DNA of 64,000 nt. Source: an uncultured delta proteobacterium. Lineage in GTDB: Bacteria; Myxococcota_A; Polyangia; Polyangiales; Houyiibacteriaceae. The notes beneath the pieces were generated by a model. It saw only the letters and a program-made list of their open reading frames with translations, was not told the DNA's origin and did no database searches. Positions 57,779 to 64,000 of this stretch are shown piece by piece (positions within the stretch are counted from its first letter, which is position 1; every line of letters starts with the position of its first letter). The DNA lies in NCBI GenBank assembly GCA_963699755.1, contig CAVOVB010000003.1, positions 608,001 to 672,000 of the forward strand, given 5' to 3'. A program made the position numbers and the translations under genes.

Positions 57779-59773
57779 GTGTCGAGGCGGGGGTTGTCCT
57801 GGAGTGCCTGGCTGTGTGCGGCGGCCTTCTTCGTCGCCGGAGCGTTTCCGCTCTACAACGCCGACGCCTATGGACACTTGGCCCAGGGTCGTCAGATCGC
57901 GGCGCTTGGGCGCGTGCCATTGGTTGACCTCTTCTCCTTCTGGAAGCCCACCCCGCAACCCTGGAGCAACTATGAGTGGGGCTACGACCTGATCAGCTGG
58001 CTCGTCTACGACCGGTTGGGTCCGACGGCATTGATCGCGATCAAGTGCCTGCTGCTAGCAGCCCTGGGCTACATCCTCGTGCTGCTCGCCGATCGTCTTG
58101 CAAAGGGCACGCCGCTCGCAGCGCCCCTTGCTGCCGCCGTCGCGATCTCCTTTGCGCCACTGGCCAGGGTTCGATTCACGGTGAGACCGCAGATCCTTGG
58201 ACTGGTGTTTCCTGCGGTTCTGCTTCTCGGCATCAGCACCCTGTACGCCGAAGAGAGCTCGATGCGCACCAGGCGCTGGGTGGTGGTCGCCCTCGGCCTC
58301 ATGCACATCGCCTGGGTCAACATGCACGGCTCCCATCTCTTGGGCGCGCTGATCACGTTCTTGTTCCTGGCGTTTTCGATTCGCACGACCGCCTTTGCCT
58401 CGATGGCCTGGCTTTTCGTTTTGCAGCTGCTCGCCATGGCTTGCACACCCTTCGGCCTCGACATCGTGACCGACGCGGTCTCCCACGTCTTGCGCCCGGA
58501 GTACCGTGAGCTCGTCACCGAATGGGCGCCCTGGTCTCCGGCGCAACCCCTCTATCTGCTCCTCGGTCCGACGCTCGCTGCGCTTCTCGTCCTGGTCGCC
58601 ATGCGTCCGGTGACCCGGTCGAGCCGCTACGGCCTGGCCTATGGCGTCTTGTGCGTAGTGCTGACGATCATGGCCTTTCGCTCGATGCGCTTCGTGGCCC
58701 ATCAGCTGCTTTTCGCCGCACCCTTCATCGCTGCAGGAATCGCACACCTCGAGTGGTTTCGAGGTTTGCATCGTGCCGTCATGGTCGCCTTGGGATTGTC
58801 CGTCGCATGGCTGCTGCTATTGTCGCCGAGGCTCGAGCCCTTCGTCCCATTCGGCTTCAGCGAGCCACGGCTCGGGCACGCCTTTGCAGCCGCCGAGGTC
58901 ATCAACGCGGACGTCGATCGGCCGCGGATCCTCGCACCGATCGAAGACAGCTGGCCGCTGATGTTCGCCGTCCCCGAAGGCCGCTTCCTGGTCGATGGAC
59001 GCGTACCGTTTTACGGGCCGGAGTTCATTCGCAAGGTGACCGACAGCTTTGCCGATCCAACTTCCTTGAGCGCCATCCTCGAGGCCTATGAGGTGGATAC
59101 CGTCGTGCTCGATCACACCAAGGGCGCGCAGGCCGCCGCGGTAGAGTACCTCTGGCGCTCTCCGGACTGGGTGCTCGGCCAGGTTCAGAACAGGCAATCG
59201 CTATTCGTGCTCGCCGGGCGCTCGGCCTCGCTGAGGCCGCTGCGCATCGTCGCGCCCGGGTTTCGGGTCGGTCGCATGCTCGACCCGGACGTTTCCGATG
59301 CCGAGATCGAAGCCGAGTCCGAGCGGGTGGGGACGCATCGGAATTCGACGGCGATCCAAGGATGGATTCAGGGGCTCCGCGCGCTTCGTCCGCTCGCACG
59401 GGACGGCGAGCGAGCCGGCATTCGCATGTACCGGACCAGGGACGAACGGGAGGCGGCGCGTCGCGCGTATCGATCGCTATCCGAGGCGGCGAAGGTCTAT
59501 CCCGGCTTCAGCTCGATCGAGCTTTTCCGCGCCATGGCCGCGGCGGCGGCATGCGACGAGGTCGAGGCCCGCGAGGCACTCGACTGGGCGGCCTACTCTG
59601 GTGAAACGCGCGAGACATCGCTGGTCGCGGTCGAGCTCGCCTTGCGCGCCGGCGACGAGACCCGACGCGCGGCGGCCAGGTCCCAGATCGAGCGCTTGTC
59701 GACTCACCCCAAGACGGCAGGCGACCCCTGGGTGTCCGCGATCGCCCGCAACCTCGACGCGCGTTGCCCGTAG
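57779..59773 (+). CDS. Polytopic membrane protein, possible GT-C-fold glycosyltransferase
   Basis: D...HL..GR.I...D.FSF...W.NYEW first loop, RPQ, W.NMHGS, EW.P, about 10 TM helices, and VDGR...Y periplasmic tail. Confidence 0.55.
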   Translation: MSRRGLSWSAWLCAAAFFVAGAFPLYNADAYGHLAQGRQIAALGRVPLVDLFSFWKPTPQPWSNYEWGYDLISWLVYDRLGPTALIAIKCLLLAALGYILVLLADRLAKGTPLAAPLAAAVAISFAPLARVRFTVRPQILGLVFPAVLLLGISTLYAEESSMRTRRWVVVALGLMHIAWVNMHGSHLLGALITFLFLAFSIRTTAFASMAWLFVLQLLAMACTPFGLDIVTDAVSHVLRPEYRELVTEWAPWSPAQPLYLLLGPTLAALLVLVAMRPVTRSSRYGLAYGVLCVVLTIMAFRSMRFVAHQLLFAAPFIAAGIAHLEWFRGLHRAVMVALGLSVAWLLLLSPRLEPFVPFGFSEPRLGHAFAAAEVINADVDRPRILAPIEDSWPLMFAVPEGRFLVDGRVPFYGPEFIRKVTDSFADPTSLSAILEAYEVDTVVLDHTKGAQAAAVEYLWRSPDWVLGQVQNRQSLFVLAGRSASLRPLRIVAPGFRVGRMLDPDVSDAEIEAESERVGTHRNSTAIQGWIQGLRALRPLARDGERAGIRMYRTRDEREAARRAYRSLSEAAKVYPGFSSIELFRAMAAAAACDEVEAREALDWAAYSGETRETSLVAVELALRAGDETRRAAARSQIERLSTHPKTAGDPWVSAIARNLDARCP

Positions 59774-59796
59774 CCGCGAGTAGATCTCGTCAGGTT

Positions 59797-60522
59797 TCAT
59801 ACGTCCGCTTCCAGTCGATCGAGCGCCGCCCGCGGGGACAAGGTCAGCTGCCATGGCGCGAGGACGCTCGGCTCATCGACCGCCGCCCGCCATTGGGCGA
59901 GAAAGCGCTCGCGCGGCCACATCGTAGCGCCGAAGCGCGCCAGATGCTCCGTATGCACTTGGCAATCGATGATGCGAAAGCCCCACATCGCCAGATGGCC
60001 GAGCAGGGTCGTGAAGGCGACCTTGGACGCGTCGGGCTCCGAAGCGAACATCGACTCCCCCGCGAAGGTCTTGCCAAGGGCCACTCCGTAGAGGCCGCCG
60101 ACTAGCTGATCGTCGCGCCAGGCTTCGATGCTATGCGCGTATCCGAGCTCGTGAAGTCTGACGTAGCCGTCCCGCAGCTCGCGGGTGATCCAGGTGCCCT
60201 GCTGGTGTGGGCGTGGCGTCGCAGCACAGGCCGTAATCACGTCCGTAAAGGCGGTGTCCGCCGTGACTCGAAGCCGCCCTTTGCGAATGACTTTGCGCAA
60301 CGAGCGCGAGACATGAGCCGAAGAGGGCGCCAACGCGAACCGTGGATCGGGCGAGAACCAGAGCAATGGATAGCCGCGCGCAGGCCAGGGGAAGATGCCG
60401 TTCGCATACGCGATCAGCAGCCGCTCCGGTGACACGTCGCCGCCCACCGCAACGATGCCTTCCTCGTTGGCGTCTTCAGGGGCCGGGAAGGCGAGCTCCT
60501 TGTCGAGTAGGTACACGGGCAT
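59797..60522 (-). CDS. aat: Leucyl/phenylalanyl-tRNA--protein transferase
   Basis: AYANGIFPW, WFSPDPR, GTWI, AHSIEAW, GGLYGV, GESMF, DASKVA and IDCQ. Confidence 0.96.
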   Translation of the reverse strand: MPVYLLDKELAFPAPEDANEEGIVAVGGDVSPERLLIAYANGIFPWPARGYPLLWFSPDPRFALAPSSAHVSRSLRKVIRKGRLRVTADTAFTDVITACAATPRPHQQGTWITRELRDGYVRLHELGYAHSIEAWRDDQLVGGLYGVALGKTFAGESMFASEPDASKVAFTTLLGHLAMWGFRIIDCQVHTEHLARFGATMWPRERFLAQWRAAVDEPSVLAPWQLTLSPRAALDRLEADV

Positions 60523-60579
60523 CAGGGGACAACACGATAGGCTAGCGCAGGCGCGGCCCCGGTGCTGGGCTCCTGACGC

Positions 60580-62877
<2,298 letters not shown>

Positions 62878-62879
62878 GT

Positions 62880-63212
62880 TTACGTGTCTTCCTCTTCTTC
62901 GGGCTCCATGGTCAGGCGGAGTGGGAACTCCTGCTCTCGGGCCAATCGTTCGACCCGCTGGATCTTGGATTCCGCGACCTCGCGGGTGAACACCCCTGCG
63001 ACGCCCACCCCGTTGTGGTGCACGTGCAGCATGACGCGGATCGAATCCTGTTCTCCGAGGTGAAAAACGGTATGCAGCACGTGAACGACGAATTCCCTGG
63101 TGGTGTAATCATCATTGTGCAGAAGAACCCGATAGAGCCGTGGGCGTTTGAGCTTTTTCTGCGGTTTGACCTCGGTGATGGTCCCGGCATCGTTGTCGAA
63201 CCTGTCGGGCAT
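62880..63212 (-). CDS. clpS: Clp protease adaptor ClpS
   Basis: YRVLLHNDDYTTREFVV, MLHVHHNG and FPLRLTMEP. Confidence 0.97.
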   Translation of the reverse strand: MPDRFDNDAGTITEVKPQKKLKRPRLYRVLLHNDDYTTREFVVHVLHTVFHLGEQDSIRVMLHVHHNGVGVAGVFTREVAESKIQRVERLAREQEFPLRLTMEPEEEEDT

Positions 63213-63307
63213 TCCCTATTTTAGCGCTTTCTCCATTCCAGCCCAGTCCGCTACGACTGGTGCAGTCCCTAGAATCTAAGGCCCGTCCCCACGATGCGCT
63301 AGGGGGG

Positions 63308-63715
63308 TCAGTCAAGGGCGAGCCTCAGATAGAAAAGCTGGTTCTGTGAGTTGCGAACGGTCACCGAGGAGTCGCTGACTTCCTGAACGACGAAGCCGTT
63401 GCCGGAGCCCAGGGTGGAGAAGCTGCCATCTGGGTCGAAGGAGATGTAGCCGAGCACCTCGGTCGGAAGCCTCCCAAGCGGGTGCTCGATTTCATACTGG
63501 CTGCACCCCCGGAACTCGAGCCAGTAGCACCGTTCATCGGAAATGGGGGGGAAGGGGTGCGACTCCCAGCCTCCTTCTGCGTTCGTCATCATGCACGGAA
63601 GCTCATCCATCGGCACCACCCGGTCCTCGGCTTGACCGCACGGGTCGCCACAGGCCGCTCCGACCAGGGCGAGCAGCGCAAGGGCGACCCCAGCTGCAAA
63701 TCTAGGCATCCGCAT
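63308..63715 (-). CDS. Hypothetical Cys-containing lipoprotein
   Basis: Signal peptide with GAAC lipobox; HPLGRLP..V.GYISF...SVTVRN pattern; overlaps the hemD stop codon. Confidence 0.65.
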   Translation of the reverse strand: MRMPRFAAGVALALLALVGAACGDPCGQAEDRVVPMDELPCMMTNAEGGWESHPFPPISDERCYWLEFRGCSQYEIEHPLGRLPTEVLGYISFDPDGSFSTLGSGNGFVVQEVSDSSVTVRNSQNQLFYLRLALD

Positions 63716-64000
63716 CTCCGGCTGGGGCATAGTACGCGCGTACCGTCGCGACCAGTGATTCGATCGTCTGCTCGGCCGATGTCGCGGCGATGTGGAGGCC
63801 CAGGCCCTCGGCTGTGCTGGTCGTGACCGGGCCGATTGAAAACAGATCCAACGCACCGAGGCGATCGCTAGCGTCCGGACCGAGCAGCTCGAATAGGTGC
63901 TGCACGGTCGACGAGGAGGTGAACAAGACCGCGTCGCTCTCCCTGCGGTCGACCAGGTTTCGGATGCGTTCGACGTCCTTGGGCTCCGGGGGAAGGTTTC
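63702..64000 (-). CDS. hemD: Uroporphyrinogen-III synthase domain (C-terminal part; gene continues beyond the window)
   Basis: DAVLFTSSSTV, SIGPVT..A..LG and TIESLV. Confidence 0.85.
   Translation of the reverse strand, partial: NLPPEPKDVERIRNLVDRRESDAVLFTSSSTVQHLFELLGPDASDRLGALDLFSIGPVTTSTAEGLGLHIAATSAEQTIESLVATVRAYYAPAGDADA

Overview
High-GC window that looks like a Myxococcota (myxobacterial, probably Polyangia-like) chromosome; the taxonomy is an inference from gene content. 0.3-27.3 kb is dominated by an Agl-Glt-type trans-envelope (gliding motility) locus: two GltA/GltB-like outer-membrane beta-barrels, a GltK/CglC-like Cys-rich lipoprotein, and a gltC-gltD-gltE-gltF-gltG-(TPR lipoprotein)-gltI run. 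ftsY, yraN and a few small genes lie between the barrels and gltK. Next come housekeeping genes (tsaE, carB, greA, recG, rpmB, an RluA-family gene), an orphan MglA-like GTPase and a PrkA-family AAA+ protein. The best candidate for an undescribed system is the minus-strand cassette at ~44.9-52.7 kb: LuxR-type regulator, sigma54 activator, lipoprotein, PEGA protein, membrane Ser/Thr kinase, and a methyltransferase fused in frame to PPK2. It has two GG-N10-GC sigma54 promoters, each preceded at the same distance by a tandem pair of TGACG-N5-CGTCA palindromes, which suggests an autoregulated sigma54 signalling circuit. Two more sigma54 promoters precede a lipoprotein and an orphan ECF sigma factor. 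The window ends with nnr, a rhodanese-MoeB gene, a polytopic membrane protein, the clpS-clpA-aat N-degron cluster and a partial hemD. Many genes have a -10-like box 6-7 nt before the start codon, suggesting widespread leaderless mRNAs. I recognised no rRNA, tRNA, CRISPR array or intact mobile element. All calls come from motif recognition by eye, with no database searches.
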